A stretch of 59,441 nucleotides of DNA from assembly GCA_016873615.1 (NCBI GenBank), contig VGWX01000004.1, forward strand, positions 1 through 59,441. The letters run 5' to 3'. Made by a program: the position numbers and the translations under genes. The stretch is from Nitrospira sp. (GTDB lineage Bacteria; Nitrospirota; Thermodesulfovibrionia; Thermodesulfovibrionales; SM23-35). Of the stretch, positions 20,851-32,922 are shown piece by piece. Numbering within the stretch: the stretch's first letter is position 1; each line of letters opens with the position of its first letter. A model generated the notes under the pieces. It was given only the letters and a program-made list of their open reading frames with translations, was not told the DNA's origin and did not search any database.

Positions 20851-21789
20851 CTATTCCAAATTTCCGAAATTATCTCTGTATCTCGCTGTGAAATCTTCAT
20901 ATGTGAAGTGATGCTCCTGTGTCCCATATTTTTCTATGGCATATGCAGCAGCAATGGTTCCCATCCTTCCGGCAGTTTCAATATCCCTGCCTGTAACAAC
21001 CGCCTTCAGCAGTCCTGCCCTGTATGCATCGCCGGCGCCTGTCGGATCTAAAACACCGTTGACCTTTGCAGGAGGAATGTATGCTTCATCATCAGGTGAA
21101 AGTATGACAGAACCTTTCTCCCCGAGAGTCGTAACTATCCTTTTTGTCAGTTCCAATAATCCGCTTTTATCCATGCCGGTCATCTTCATGACCAGTTCCA
21201 TCTCATAATCATTTGAGATAAGCAGCATTGATCCATCTATCCAATCCCTGAGAGCCTTCCCATCCCACTTTGAAAGAGACTGACCGGGATCGCAGACATA
21301 GCGAATCCCATTTTCTCTGCATATCACAGCATATTCGATCATATCCTGAAGGTTCCCGGGTGCGATCAACACAATCGAGTTTTCAAAATCTGCATCTTCG
21401 AACCTGTATTCTGACGGATATTTCATAGCGCCGGGATTGAATCCTGTTATCTGGTTATCCGACATATCAGTTGTTATATATGCTCCGGCGGTAAATTCAT
21501 TCTGTACTATTTTGATCCCTTCAACAGGCATGTTGTTCTTTATCAACCAGTCAAAATAACTCTGATAGTCTTTCCCTATAGCTGCAATAATAAGCGGCTT
21601 CTCATTCAGCAGGCTTAGTGTATAGGCTATGTTCCCGGCAGTGCCGCCAAATTTCTCTATCAAGCCATTAACATTAAAACATACATTCAGGATATGTATC
21701 TTGTCCGGAAGGATGTGATCTGCAAATTTCCCTGGAAAATCCATAATCCTGTCATATGCCATCGAACCGGATATGTAAATATTCATCAT
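20851..21789 (-). CDS. PfkB family carbohydrate/nucleoside (adenosine) kinase
   Basis: GSMAYD.IM.FPG, FGGTAGNIAY, DPTGAGDAYRAG. Confidence 0.9.
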   Translation of the reverse strand: MMNIYISGSMAYDRIMDFPGKFADHILPDKIHILNVCFNVNGLIEKFGGTAGNIAYTLSLLNEKPLIIAAIGKDYQSYFDWLIKNNMPVEGIKIVQNEFTAGAYITTDMSDNQITGFNPGAMKYPSEYRFEDADFENSIVLIAPGNLQDMIEYAVICRENGIRYVCDPGQSLSKWDGKALRDWIDGSMLLISNDYEMELVMKMTGMDKSGLLELTKRIVTTLGEKGSVILSPDDEAYIPPAKVNGVLDPTGAGDAYRAGLLKAVVTGRDIETAGRMGTIAAAYAIEKYGTQEHHFTYEDFTARYRDNFGNLE

Positions 21790-22382
21790 TCAAGCAACCG
21801 GAGCTCAGATTCTATGGATGACTTCCTTTGAACAAGATCAGCCTTTTTTTGCTGAACAGCATACAGCTCCTGTTTTAGAGGTTCTACCTCTTTTTCCAAT
21901 TGCTTAATTTGGATAAGATTGTAACTTAATCTCCTGCCGGTCTTTTGATTTATTGTTGTTACTAAACCGGCTTCCTGTTCTTCTGCAGCCTTAATCTCTG
22001 AAATTACTGATTGCAGTTCTGTTCTTAACGCATTTATCTGGTCGCTCTTGTCGTTCCCGGTTTCTTGAGATTGAGTGCGGGGTTGTTCTTGGGGTTGAGA
22101 TTGATCAGGCGCTCTTTCAGTTCTCTCCTGTCGCTGCTGTATATCTGTGACGTCTGTTTTTTGAGTTTCCTTTTCTGCAGGTTCTGTACCGCCGATTTTC
22201 AGGACATCTTTTTGAGATATGGTCATTGATCCTGTTCCGAAATAGACAATAACATCCCCATTCATCTCTTCATATGATCTTACTTCTGATATAACAGAAC
22301 CGTTCTTAAGGTAGATTTTATACTCTGCTGCTGCATAAACAGGAATGAGCAGGATTAAAACAATAAACAGTATCTTTTTCAT
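21786..22382 (-). CDS. Exported hypothetical protein with coiled-coil C-terminus
   Basis: Signal peptide, IYLKNG motif; overlaps both neighbours. Confidence 0.75.
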   Translation of the reverse strand: MKKILFIVLILLIPVYAAAEYKIYLKNGSVISEVRSYEEMNGDVIVYFGTGSMTISQKDVLKIGGTEPAEKETQKTDVTDIQQRQERTERAPDQSQPQEQPRTQSQETGNDKSDQINALRTELQSVISEIKAAEEQEAGLVTTINQKTGRRLSYNLIQIKQLEKEVEPLKQELYAVQQKKADLVQRKSSIESELRLLE

Positions 22383-24163
22383 GTATGCCTCCCCAGTTCA
22401 GTTAAAAGTTTTTCAGCAATATTTCTATGAAAACCTTTAATCTTTGCAATATCATCAATGGTAGCATTTCTTATACTTTCTATACTACCAAAAACCCTTA
22501 AAAGTTCAAGCCTTCGCTTCTTGCCTATGCCTGATATCTTCTCAAGGGGAGATCTCAGGAGATTTTTACCCCTTAATTTTCTGTGATAGCCTACGGCAAA
22601 TCTGTGCGCTTCATCCCTTATGCTTTTCAGGAGAAGCGATGATTGGCTTCTGTCTTCAAGCCCTACTGCTTCATCTGAATTGGTCAGGTAAGCCCTGTCC
22701 GGATCCTTAGCGACCGCAACAATCTCCGGAGATTTTTTTCTTGATCCAAATTCCCTGTTGATAATCTTTTTAGCTGTTTCGAGATGTCCTTTTCCTCCAT
22801 CAATAATAAGCAGATGAGGCAGATTCCCTTCTGAATTATGTATCATCCGCTCTATGATTTCTTCCATCATTGAATAATCATCAATCCCCTGTACTGTTTT
22901 TATCCTGAGCCTTCTGTACATATCCTTTTTGAACTCGCCGTCCGACCAGTAAATAAATGCTCCCACAGCTTCATTTCCTGAGATATTCGAAATATCAAAT
23001 GCGCCTATGCTTTCGGGTATGTTCATGAGGTTCAATCTTGATTTTATATCATTTAAGAGTTCCCCGGTCTTTACATCTCTTCTCGATCTGTAGAGCAAGC
23101 GTGCATTTTCTGACGCCATATCAAGAAGCTCTTTTTTCTTTCCGGATCCCGGAGACAGTATCTTTACACGCCTTCCTTTACGCTGACCAAGCCATCTGCC
23201 TAATGGTCTTGATTCTTCCGGCAATACAGGGGTTGCTATTTCCGACGGTGGCATGATCTCCCCTGAATAAAGCTGCAATATAAAAGTATGCATCAATTCC
23301 TTATCCGGGACATTTTCGATATTTTTAACAATAAATTCCTTTGAACCTGTCATGGCGCCATTCCTTAAAAAAAACAGATTGAATAATACTTCACCATCTG
23401 CCCTGTAATATCCAATGACATCGATATCTCCAAGTTCAGGAGCTGCAACCTTCTGTGACTCCCATGTCTTTTCTATCGCCCTGATTCTGTCCCTTATCCC
23501 GGCAGCCTCCTCAAACTTCATCTCCTCAGAAAGTTTCTGCATATTTTTTTCAAGTCCCCTGATCAGATCCTTTCTTTTGCCGCTCAGGAACAACCTTATC
23601 TCATCTATAAGTCTTCGATATGCTCCTCTGGTTATTTTCCCGGCACACGGTGCAAGACATTTTCCCATCTGATGCTGGATACATGGCCTCATTGGTTTCT
23701 CAAGTAAATAACTGCAATTTCTTATCTGAAAGTTTCTCCTTATAAAAGCAAGGGTTTCCCACATAGAGCCGGCCGGAACATATGGTCCGAAATATAATGA
23801 ACCGTCATTTTTCAATTTTCTGACGACTTCGAGTCTTGGCCATTCCTCATTGACGGTCAGTTTAATATATGGATAGTTTTTATCATCTCTCAGGATTATG
23901 TTAAACCTGGGTTTATATTGTTTTATCAGATTCGCCTCGAGCACAAAGGCTTCAAGCTCGTTATCAGTGACTATATAATTAAACCCCCTGACGTCTCTCA
24001 TCATGGAAGCCTTACGGCTGTCAAGACCTGAATATTTCCGGAAATAACTTCTCAGGCGATTCCTGAGATTTTTTGCCTTGCCAACATACAGCGCTTTTTG
24101 CTTTGCATTGCTGAAAGTGTAGACACCTGGCTTTGAAGGGACGCTGGAGAGTTTCATGAGCAT
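22379..24163 (-). CDS. uvrC: Excinuclease ABC subunit C
   Basis: PGVY...YVGKA GIY-YIG domain, LRDDKNYPY, FDISN, IDGGKG, RDEAHRFA, HhH. Confidence 0.96.
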   Translation of the reverse strand: MLMKLSSVPSKPGVYTFSNAKQKALYVGKAKNLRNRLRSYFRKYSGLDSRKASMMRDVRGFNYIVTDNELEAFVLEANLIKQYKPRFNIILRDDKNYPYIKLTVNEEWPRLEVVRKLKNDGSLYFGPYVPAGSMWETLAFIRRNFQIRNCSYLLEKPMRPCIQHQMGKCLAPCAGKITRGAYRRLIDEIRLFLSGKRKDLIRGLEKNMQKLSEEMKFEEAAGIRDRIRAIEKTWESQKVAAPELGDIDVIGYYRADGEVLFNLFFLRNGAMTGSKEFIVKNIENVPDKELMHTFILQLYSGEIMPPSEIATPVLPEESRPLGRWLGQRKGRRVKILSPGSGKKKELLDMASENARLLYRSRRDVKTGELLNDIKSRLNLMNIPESIGAFDISNISGNEAVGAFIYWSDGEFKKDMYRRLRIKTVQGIDDYSMMEEIIERMIHNSEGNLPHLLIIDGGKGHLETAKKIINREFGSRKKSPEIVAVAKDPDRAYLTNSDEAVGLEDRSQSSLLLKSIRDEAHRFAVGYHRKLRGKNLLRSPLEKISGIGKKRRLELLRVFGSIESIRNATIDDIAKIKGFHRNIAEKLLTELGRHT

Positions 24164-24224
24164 TATATATATTTTAACAGAACTTCTCTGCATGATAGGA
24201 ATGGAATTTAAGTATGAGAGCTTG

Positions 24225-26123
24225 CTAAAAAGCTCTGAGAACAGAAACCGGCCGTTTCTTTTTCTTGTACTTATACATCAGTTTGTCCGCCCTGGCCAGC
24301 AACTCATCAATTGAACAGGGGTAGCCGGGGTCATAGCGGGAAATGCCTATACTGGCTGAGAGGTCATAAGCCTGTTTTCTCACGGCGTTATAATCCCTTA
24401 GGCTGTCTGATAAACGTGCAGTGATAATATCAGCATTTGTCTCTTCAGTTTCTACTGCAAGGACTGCGAATTCATCTCCTCCTATGCGTGCGATGAGGTC
24501 TGATTCACGAAACGTCTTTTTGAGAATATTCGCAATCTCGATCAATGCAAAATCACCTTCATTGTGACCTAAATTGTCATTAATCCACTTCAGGTCATCC
24601 AGGTCGGCAAAAAGAAGCAATATATTTTTCTTCATCCGGTTAGCTATTTTCAATTGCTGCTCTGCAAGGGTAAAAAACCCCCGCCTGTTATAAAGACCTG
24701 TCAGTTCATCAGCGAGTGATAATTTGCGGAGGGCTTCTTCATTACGCTTGCGATCAGTAATATCCAGCAATGCGCCAACAATCTCCTCTGGTTCACCTTT
24801 TTTATTCCTTATGAGAACTGCCTGGTCACGGAACCAATTATAAGAACCATTGGCAGACTGCCATCTGTATTCTGTTACAATTGTGCCTTTGCTATGAATA
24901 GATTCAATCTCATCCAGCACCCTTCTATGGTCCTCAGGGTGTATTCTCGAAATTCTGAGATGCGGCTCCTTATTGAATCTTTCAGGGAGAAATCCGGAAA
25001 TGCGATCGATTTGTTCACTAACCCATATCGTACAGAAATCCCTGAATGGCTGCGCAGTGTAAAAAGCCATCGGCAGGTAGCTCAGCATGAGAGTCTCACG
25101 TTCCTCTTTCTCACGCAGCGTATTTTCAGTAAGCTTTTTATCGGTAATGTCAATGCCGACACTGACGAGATAATTCTGGTTGTTCGATGTAAATCGCAGT
25201 TCAGTAAAAAGATAGGGTCTTTTCCTGCCATCCTTTGACGCCAGATGAGCCTCTACAGTTGACTGACCTGTAACATAAACTTCCTGAATTTTATCCTCGA
25301 TTAACTTTTTTTCCTCACCATCAAAAAAATCAACAGGGCTCATCTTCGAAATTTCCTCGGATGAATACCCTGTAACCACTTCCAGGTTGCGGTTCCATCG
25401 CAGGGTCCGGCCATTTTCGTCTATCAGGAAAAAAACACATGGCAGGCTGCTGATTGCCGAATCACTCAAGCTCTTTTCCTTCATTAAATTCTTTTCTGCT
25501 TCAGTGCGCTTCATTATTTCCAGGGATATGTTTTCGATTGTTTCGTTCGTCACCTTCTTGAGAGATTCCAGCAACTCAACTTCTGATCCTCCGGATACCC
25601 TGCTGTTCAGGTCACCCGTAGAGACTCTGTGGAGCACGTCGAAATGCTCAGCAAGACAGATGGCAAATTCATGAGACTGATCAACGATCTCACCGATATT
25701 TTCCGCGGTTATATTAACCATATGCTTTAGCTTTGCAATCAGTTCTATCTTTGACTGCTCTGGTATTCTCACTGTTGGATCACCCGTTGAAATCTTCTTT
25801 AATGCCTCAAATACCTCTGACAGGCTTAATGCTAATTCCAGAATTATGCTTTCCAGTTCCCTGTCCCTTGCTTTCACAATCCTATCGAATTGTTTGAATT
25901 GTTTATTAATTACTGTTAAGGTACCCCTCATAGCTGCAATATCCATATTTGCCTTGAAAACCTTGCAACTAACGCATATCTCGATCTTATCTATGAATTT
26001 ACCCTGAAACTCGTTCCAACAATGAGTTCCCGGGATAAGCCAGCATTTCAGGTCATCTATTCTATAAGCCGGGCATTTTTTTTCAGCACACGCAAAAAAC
26101 TCCCAGCACTTAACCTTTCCCAT
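24225..26123 (-). CDS. PAS-PAS-GGDEF diguanylate cyclase with Cys/Trp-rich N-terminal domain
   Basis: CWE..C....CPA...CW....C N-terminus, two PAS domains, RESD I-site, intact GGDEF. Confidence 0.92.
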   Translation of the reverse strand: MGKVKCWEFFACAEKKCPAYRIDDLKCWLIPGTHCWNEFQGKFIDKIEICVSCKVFKANMDIAAMRGTLTVINKQFKQFDRIVKARDRELESIILELALSLSEVFEALKKISTGDPTVRIPEQSKIELIAKLKHMVNITAENIGEIVDQSHEFAICLAEHFDVLHRVSTGDLNSRVSGGSEVELLESLKKVTNETIENISLEIMKRTEAEKNLMKEKSLSDSAISSLPCVFFLIDENGRTLRWNRNLEVVTGYSSEEISKMSPVDFFDGEEKKLIEDKIQEVYVTGQSTVEAHLASKDGRKRPYLFTELRFTSNNQNYLVSVGIDITDKKLTENTLREKEERETLMLSYLPMAFYTAQPFRDFCTIWVSEQIDRISGFLPERFNKEPHLRISRIHPEDHRRVLDEIESIHSKGTIVTEYRWQSANGSYNWFRDQAVLIRNKKGEPEEIVGALLDITDRKRNEEALRKLSLADELTGLYNRRGFFTLAEQQLKIANRMKKNILLLFADLDDLKWINDNLGHNEGDFALIEIANILKKTFRESDLIARIGGDEFAVLAVETEETNADIITARLSDSLRDYNAVRKQAYDLSASIGISRYDPGYPCSIDELLARADKLMYKYKKKKRPVSVLRAF

Positions 26124-26297
26124 AAATCTCCCTCAATTCATGTAATAGTTAATTAAAAGTTTATTCGACGTCTCATTTGGTTCTTTTAAATAGTTTGAAC
26201 TGTAGACAATACTTATAATTATTATTGGATCGAATTATAGCATATGCTTAATTACAAATGGAAGTTAGAAAAAATGGATTTTGGAAACAAGAAAGGA

Positions 26298-27278
26298 TTA
26301 TTCTGTCTCTTCTATGAAACTGCCTATTTTCCTGAACCTTTTATATCTCTCTTCTACAAGCTTACCGGGTGTCTTTGTTTTAAGTTCTTCAAAAGCCGCT
26401 ACGATATGTTCAGATATATTCTTTGCTGTACCCTCGGGGTCTCTGTGCGCTCCGCCGAGCGGTTCAGGGATTATGCCGTCTATTATCTTATAAGCCAGCA
26501 GGTCCTGGGCTGTCAGTTTCAGGGCATCTGCCGCCCTTGAGAAATCATCAGTCCCAAGATCGTTCTCTTTTTTCCATAGAATTGCTGCACAACCTTCAGG
26601 AGAGATGACAGAATAACAGGAATGCTCAAGCATAAACAATCTGTCTGCTACACTGAGGGCTAATGCGCCTCCGCTCCCGCCTTCACCGATGACTATAGAT
26701 ATGATCGGCGTCCTGAGCTTTGACATTTCCATAAGATTTACAGCAATTGCCTCTGCCTGTCCCCGCTCTTCTGCTCCTATTCCCGGATAAGCGCCCGGTG
26801 TGTCAATAAATGTAATAACAGGTCTTTTAAACCTCTCTGCGAGCTTCATCACCCTGAGCGTTTTTCTGTAACCTTCAGGATGCGGCTGCCCAAAGTTGCG
26901 GTAGATCCTCTCTTTTGTACCCCGGCCTTTCTGATGCCCTGCGATGATTACAGGCATATCCTGTATCTTTCCTATTCCGGCAACTATTGCAGGATCATCA
27001 GAGTATCTTCTGTCACCGTGCATTTCGATAAAGTCACTTGTTATCATGTTTATATAATCAAATGTATATGGCCTGTCAGGATGCCTTGCGATAAGGGTTT
27101 TCTGCCATGGGGTGAGTGAAGAAAAAATCTCTGAGCGGATATCTCTGACCTTCTTTTCCAGTTTTTTTATCTCACTCGATATATCAATATCCTTCCCGTC
27201 AGATATACGTTTAAGTTCGTCTATCTTAACCTCAAGCTCCTCTATGGGTCTTTCGAATTCAAGGTAATATCTGATCAT
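26298..27278 (-). CDS. accA: Acetyl-CoA carboxylase carboxyltransferase alpha subunit
   Basis: [35 protein letters not shown]. Confidence 0.97.
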   Translation of the reverse strand: MIRYYLEFERPIEELEVKIDELKRISDGKDIDISSEIKKLEKKVRDIRSEIFSSLTPWQKTLIARHPDRPYTFDYINMITSDFIEMHGDRRYSDDPAIVAGIGKIQDMPVIIAGHQKGRGTKERIYRNFGQPHPEGYRKTLRVMKLAERFKRPVITFIDTPGAYPGIGAEERGQAEAIAVNLMEMSKLRTPIISIVIGEGGSGGALALSVADRLFMLEHSCYSVISPEGCAAILWKKENDLGTDDFSRAADALKLTAQDLLAYKIIDGIIPEPLGGAHRDPEGTAKNISEHIVAAFEELKTKTPGKLVEERYKRFRKIGSFIEETE

Positions 27279-30200
27279 TGAAAAGTCACTGCCCCTTTCC
27301 CTGCGATTTCTTCAATTTTACTGATGATATCCCTGTCATCTGATATTTTTATACCTGTAGTTATCAATGTTTCAGTATTCTTGTGAAATACTCTCAGATA
27401 AAGAGGATACCTGCCCTTCCCGTCAGATAGCAAGATAGACTTCAATGTCTGTAAACGTACATTCTCATTTAATGGAAGTTTCAGGCTTATCTCAGCCTTC
27501 TGTCCCATTCTTGTTGCAAGTGTATCCAGCAATGTTATATCGGAAGAAACGATTTTCAATCCTTTTTCTGTCTTATCAACAGTGCCTTTTACAAGAACCG
27601 ATTCGTCTTTCTGCAGGATTGTCATGCTTGCCTTGTACAGATCAGGGAAAATTATTATCTCCACATTACCTGAAGGATCTTCAACTGTGCAATATGCCAT
27701 TAGTTCAGCCTTTGATTTGGTCTGTATCTTTCTTATGGTTGTTAAAATGCCTCCTATTTTAACCTCCTGCCCATCAGGTATTTCATCAAGCTCGGATATC
27801 CTCTTTGTTCCGATTTTCTCAAGTTCTTTATCATATTTTGTCAACGGGTGTCCTGTTATATAAAAACCGAGCGACTCTTTTTCATGCCTTAAAAGCTCCT
27901 CGGTACCCCAGTCCTGTACATCCCCTGTTGTTTCCTCTGCAGAATCACCAAAGATGCTCTGCTGGCCATGTGCCCGGGCAGAATGCGCCCTTGAGCCGCC
28001 ATTCAGAACCCTGTTCATGAATTCCATTGCCTGTGCCCTTGCTGTGCCTGTAGAGTCAAAGGCCCCTGCCTTTATAAGACTTTCGACAACCTTTTTATTT
28101 ACCCTCCTCTGATCTGCCCTTTCGAGAAAATTCGATATGGACGGGAAAGTACCGTCAGTATCCCTCGATTCAATTATGGCCTCTATGGCAGATGATCCAA
28201 CTCCTTTAACCGCCTCAAGTCCGAATCGTATGGAATTACCAACAACCTTGAACTCTTTTCCGGACATGTTTATATCAGGCGGTAGAATAGCTATCCCCAT
28301 TTCCCGGCATCCTGCTATAAATTTTACAATCTTATCGGTATTGTCCATATCAGCGCTAAGCGTAGCTGCCATAAATTCCACAGGGAAATGTGTTTTTAAA
28401 TAGGCTGTCTCGTAGGTAACGTATGCGTAGGCGGCTGAATGGGATTTATTGAAGCCGTATTCGGCAAAAAGCGCCATCAGATCAAATATTTTTATCGCCT
28501 TTCTCTCTGTGATGCCTTTTGCAATAGCCCCCTTTATAAAAGCCTCTTTCTGCTTCTCCATTTCTTCAGGTCTTTTCTTCCCCATTGCCTTTCTGAGGAT
28601 ATCCGCCTGTCCCATAGAAAAGTTTGCGAGTTTGTTTGCAATACTCATAACCTGTTCCTGATAGAGAATGACCCCATATGTTTCATCAAGGATTTCCTTT
28701 AACTGGGGAAGATCGTATTTGACCGGAATCTTCCCTTTTTTCCTCTTAATAAACTCATCGATCATTCCGCTTCCTATGGGGCCCGGTCTGTACAAAGCGA
28801 CGATTGCGATAAGATCTTCAAACCTGTCCGGAGTCATTTTAACAAGCAGGTCCCTCATGCCGGCGCTTTCAAGCTGGAAAATACCTGTGGTATTCCCTGA
28901 ACTCAGAAGGTCATATGTCTGCTTGTCCTGGAACGATATATCCTTTAGTGAAAATTCCTTTCCATTGTCCCTGATATAATGCAGGGTCTTGTCTATTACA
29001 GTGAGGGTCTTTAAACCAAGGAAATCGAATTTCAAAAGCCCTATCCTTTCGATGGATCCCATATCAAACTGTGTCATAATGCTTCCATCCGAAGGATTCC
29101 TGTATAGGGGGGTATAGTCTGTAAGGGGAGCCGGCGATATAACAACACCTGCGGCATGAGTAGATGCATGTCTGCATAGTCCTTCGAGTCTTATTGCATT
29201 ATCTATAAGTTCTTTTATCCTTGGATTCGAATTGTAGAGCGCCTTGAACTGCGGCTCAATTTTTAACGTCTCATCAATTGTAATGTTCAGAGTGTTTGGT
29301 ATCAGTTTTGCAATTTTATCCACTTCTCCGTAAGGGATTTCAAGCGCCCTGCCGACATCCCGTATCGCGGCCTTAGCAGCCATTGTCCCAAAAGTAATTA
29401 TCTGGGCTACATGATCCTTGCCGTATCTTTCAGAAACATAAGCAATGACTTCCGACCTCCTGTCTTTGCAGAAGTCCACATCTATATCCGGCATGCTTAT
29501 CCTTTCAGGGTTTAGAAAGCGTTCAAAAAGGAGGTTATATTTGACCGGGTCAATATCTGTTATGCCAAGACAGAACGATACGATACTCCCTGCTGCAGAG
29601 CCCCTGCCCGGGCCCACAGGAATGCCTTTTTTCTTTGCATAGGAGATGAAGTCCCATACTATAAGGAAATAAGAGGAATAGTCCATCTTTTTTATTATGT
29701 CGAGTTCTACCCTGAGCCTCTCTGTATACTGCTTGCCCGGGTCCTTTCCCAACCTGCTGGACATGCCTTCAAATGCAAGTGTTTCAAGCAGAGAATCCGG
29801 CGTCTTGCCATCTTCGAGTTCATATTTAGGCAGCAGGGTAGTTCCCAAATTGAATTTTACATTACACCTTTCAGCAATGGCCCTTGTGTTTAGAACCGCC
29901 TCTGGTATGTCTTTGAAGGCATTCTTCATTTCATCAGGCGACTTGAAATAGAAGTTATCCGATGTAAAGTGCATACGGTTTTTGTCATTTACTGTCTTGC
30001 CTGTCTGGATGCATAGAAGGATATCATGAGCCCTCGCATCCTCACGTTTCATATAATGGCAGTCATTGGTGGCGACAAGTCCGATATGCAGTTCTTTTGA
30101 GAGTTCAACGAGTTTCCTGTTTACTTGTTCCTGTTCGGGGAGTCCGTTATCCTGAACTTCAAGATAAAAGTTTTCCGGTCCCAGAATATGTTTGTATTCG

Positions 30201-30694
30201 AGAGCTTTTTCCCGGGCCTTATCTACCATCCCGTTATGAAGATAAAAAGGGATCTCACCTTTCAGACATGCTGAAAGTCCGATCAGACCTCCGCTGTACT
30301 GTTCAAGCAGGCTGCTGTCTATTCTTGGTTTATAATAGAATCCTTCTGTATATGCCTTTGTTACCAGGGTGACAAGATTGCGGTATCCTTTGTTATCCCT
30401 TGCAAGCAGAATCAGGTGGAATGAAGACTCATCCGAATCAGACCCATGTTTCTTTTCAAGACGGCTTCCCGGCGCAACATATACCTCACAGCCGATGATC
30501 GGCTTTATCCCGGCTTTCGTTGCAAGACGGTAAAATTCTACTGCGCCGAAAAGATTCCCGTGGTCTGTTACTGCAACAGCAGGCATTTTAAAGGCATTCG
30601 CCTGCTCGATAAGCTCCCTGATCTTTATTGCTCCGTCCAGCAGGCTGTATTCTGAATGCAGGTGGAGCGGGACATAGTCTGAATGCTGAGGCAT
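27275..30694 (-). CDS. dnaE: DNA polymerase III alpha subunit
   Basis: [14 protein letters not shown] domain, [25 protein letters not shown]; no intein. Confidence 0.98.
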   Translation of the reverse strand: MPQHSDYVPLHLHSEYSLLDGAIKIRELIEQANAFKMPAVAVTDHGNLFGAVEFYRLATKAGIKPIIGCEVYVAPGSRLEKKHGSDSDESSFHLILLARDNKGYRNLVTLVTKAYTEGFYYKPRIDSSLLEQYSGGLIGLSACLKGEIPFYLHNGMVDKAREKALEYKHILGPENFYLEVQDNGLPEQEQVNRKLVELSKELHIGLVATNDCHYMKREDARAHDILLCIQTGKTVNDKNRMHFTSDNFYFKSPDEMKNAFKDIPEAVLNTRAIAERCNVKFNLGTTLLPKYELEDGKTPDSLLETLAFEGMSSRLGKDPGKQYTERLRVELDIIKKMDYSSYFLIVWDFISYAKKKGIPVGPGRGSAAGSIVSFCLGITDIDPVKYNLLFERFLNPERISMPDIDVDFCKDRRSEVIAYVSERYGKDHVAQIITFGTMAAKAAIRDVGRALEIPYGEVDKIAKLIPNTLNITIDETLKIEPQFKALYNSNPRIKELIDNAIRLEGLCRHASTHAAGVVISPAPLTDYTPLYRNPSDGSIMTQFDMGSIERIGLLKFDFLGLKTLTVIDKTLHYIRDNGKEFSLKDISFQDKQTYDLLSSGNTTGIFQLESAGMRDLLVKMTPDRFEDLIAIVALYRPGPIGSGMIDEFIKRKKGKIPVKYDLPQLKEILDETYGVILYQEQVMSIANKLANFSMGQADILRKAMGKKRPEEMEKQKEAFIKGAIAKGITERKAIKIFDLMALFAEYGFNKSHSAAYAYVTYETAYLKTHFPVEFMAATLSADMDNTDKIVKFIAGCREMGIAILPPDINMSGKEFKVVGNSIRFGLEAVKGVGSSAIEAIIESRDTDGTFPSISNFLERADQRRVNKKVVESLIKAGAFDSTGTARAQAMEFMNRVLNGGSRAHSARAHGQQSIFGDSAEETTGDVQDWGTEELLRHEKESLGFYITGHPLTKYDKELEKIGTKRISELDEIPDGQEVKIGGILTTIRKIQTKSKAELMAYCTVEDPSGNVEIIIFPDLYKASMTILQKDESVLVKGTVDKTEKGLKIVSSDITLLDTLATRMGQKAEISLKLPLNENVRLQTLKSILLSDGKGRYPLYLRVFHKNTETLITTGIKISDDRDIISKIEEIAGKGAVTFQ

Positions 30695-30788
30695 ATAAAA
30701 ATATTAACCTCAGGAGTATTTATAAGTCAATGCGACAGACACATAAATTCAGGCCGATTTCACATGAAAAAAAGCATATAAAAAGCGT

Positions 30789-31736
30789 CTATAGGGGTGA
30801 TTTTTTGTTTATTATTGAACTGTTTATTCCTGAACTTGGCTCCTTTATGACCTTAATCATTTCATCTGTATAGTAAATCTTCTCATATGCAATCCAGCGT
30901 CCATCTTTTTTTTCAAAATAGACCAAATCATTGTCAATTAAAGTAGACATCGTTTGCTTGCCTACGCGCCACCTGCCAGCACTGCCATCAGGGGCAATCG
31001 GATAAACCTTTTTCCCGTCTGGAGCAGTTATTGGGAAATACATCTTAGGTCTATCTTCACGGCGTGCAGTGTTTCCCCACTTTGCTAATTTCACAATATT
31101 GAATTTCCCATCCTTATCTTCTCGTTTGAACGACGATTCCTCAACATCAACGACTTCGTCGAGCCATGTGAACAGAGACGACTTTTGATACACGTGTATG
31201 TATTCGTGCTCAGTTACAAAGTATTGGTCTGCTTGCCCGCCGCCTTCCTTCTTCCTCCAGATTAGCGTCCCAACAAAGTTGTCCTCACCGAATATTTCAT
31301 CCATGAGTTCACGCAAGCGATGCTGTTCATTATTCTCAATGTTCACAAATATGACGCCATCATCATCAAGGAGATCGCGTAATAAACGTATTCTGGGCGT
31401 CATCATACAAAGCCATTTGTCGTGACGAGTCAGATCATCTCTGCCTACTTCCTTGCCAAGCCATTCTTTAATGAGTGGGCTATTGACCCTGTCGTTATAT
31501 ACCCATCTCTCATTGCCAGTATTGTAAGGTGGGTCAATACAGATACATTTAATTTTCCCAGCATATTGCGGAAGCAATGCTTTAAGCGCAAGAAGATTAT
31601 CGCCTTCGATAATCAGATTACCATCACCCTTATCTGCCTGGAAATTCAGCTTTGATATCTCTTCAAGTGAGTGATAAGGGATGGAAAGATGATGATTCCA
31701 GATTATGTTCTTACCCTTAAATTGAAGTGTCGGCAT
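30789..31736 (-). pseudogene. Truncated type III R-M Mod DNA methyltransferase
   Basis: MPTLQFKGK, IEGDNL.AL, IDPPYNTG present; C-terminal SAM-binding F.GSGT motif and res gene absent. Confidence 0.82.
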
Positions 31737-31754
31737 ATTTATTACCTCATTGTT

Positions 31755-31892
31755 GCTAATAGTTCATAAGTATGTTTACATTGCATGTCATTCCCGCTTG
31801 TCGGGAATCATTCTGAAAAGCAAGAAAGATTGCGGACAAGCCGCAATGACAATAGTATCCGTAATGTACTCTTACTTTTCAACTCCTTGGTA
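31755..31892. repeat. Palindromic element (TGTCATTCC family), copy B
   Basis: tgtcattcccgcttgtcgggaatc...gattgcggacaagccgcaatgaca with outer arms similar to copy A. Confidence 0.8.
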
Positions 31893-31931
31893 GATATTCA
31901 TCGTGTTCAAGTATAGCAAACTGTCTACTCA

Positions 31932-32543
31932 TCATTTCAAATATTTCTTCTTAAGCTCATCTTTCTCCACCCTCTTCTCGATGACATCCGGTGACACAAG
32001 AAAAGCTTTTGCAACATGCTCGGTGATCAAGTCCCATGCAAAATCCCAGTTCTTTTCCATGGAAATCCCTCTGTCTCTGATTTTCCGTGTCCATTCGGAC
32101 ACGGATTTGAGCAACTTCTCTTTTGGAACAAGGACAAGTCCTGCAAATGCATAGCCCTGATATTCAAGCCAGCTATGCTCCTCTTCGGTCATTGAATTGA
32201 TAAATCCTTTCCAGCCATAAATGGAGTCGAATTTATGGTCTCTGTACAAATGACGGTGCAGCACTATATGCCCGATTTCATGTGCCAATGTGAACCGGTA
32301 GCGGGTGATACGGTCTGTATGCACATATTCGTCAACATAGATATTTTTCAGGTCGCTGGAGGTAAACCCCTCTACCTCAAACTCTCTTTGAAGCCCTAAA
32401 ACAGGCACGATATTAATCCTGAATTCAAATTCTACGATTTCCTCGATAGGTATCGGGATATTTCCAGAGGAATGATACTTATGAAGAAATTCATCTGCCT
32501 TTTTGCGCAAATCCTCATAACTGTAGATGGGTATATCAGTCAT
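31932..32543 (-). CDS. ImmA/IrrE family metallopeptidase
   Basis: PIPIEEI, RYRFTLAHEIGH, LEYQ...FAGLVLVP. Confidence 0.9.
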   Translation of the reverse strand: MTDIPIYSYEDLRKKADEFLHKYHSSGNIPIPIEEIVEFEFRINIVPVLGLQREFEVEGFTSSDLKNIYVDEYVHTDRITRYRFTLAHEIGHIVLHRHLYRDHKFDSIYGWKGFINSMTEEEHSWLEYQGYAFAGLVLVPKEKLLKSVSEWTRKIRDRGISMEKNWDFAWDLITEHVAKAFLVSPDVIEKRVEKDELKKKYLK

Positions 32544-32547
32544 TGAT

Positions 32548-32922
32548 TTACGCTTTCTTAATCAGTTCAACCAGTTTTTCAAGCTTCTTTTCAGAAATCT
32601 TCTGACCGCGCAAGGTCCTGAACAGGATCGGCAGACTTGCAACGACTGCCTCATCCTTCATCAATTCATCAGGAATACGGCCTGCTTCAATCCTGGCAAG
32701 ATCAAAGAACCGATACCAGTCGTCGGAGCCCTTTTTGATCTGTAAATACCGTGCGTACTCCTCCAACTTGTCGCTCCCCTGCGGCGGAGGCATAAGCCCA
32801 CGCTCAAGCCTGCTGACGTTTCCCGGGTCCAGTTTGTTATCGGCACAGAACTGGCGTAGGGTTTTTCTGAGATCTATACGTTTTTGCTTAAAAAACTCTC
32901 CGAATGTCAACTTAGGCATCAT
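32548..32922 (-). CDS. XRE family HTH regulator
   Basis: FGEFF..KR....TLRQFC.....D.GNVSRLERG; SD GGGAGG before ATG at 32922. Confidence 0.88.
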   Translation of the reverse strand: MMPKLTFGEFFKQKRIDLRKTLRQFCADNKLDPGNVSRLERGLMPPPQGSDKLEEYARYLQIKKGSDDWYRFFDLARIEAGRIPDELMKDEAVVASLPILFRTLRGQKISEKKLEKLVELIKKA

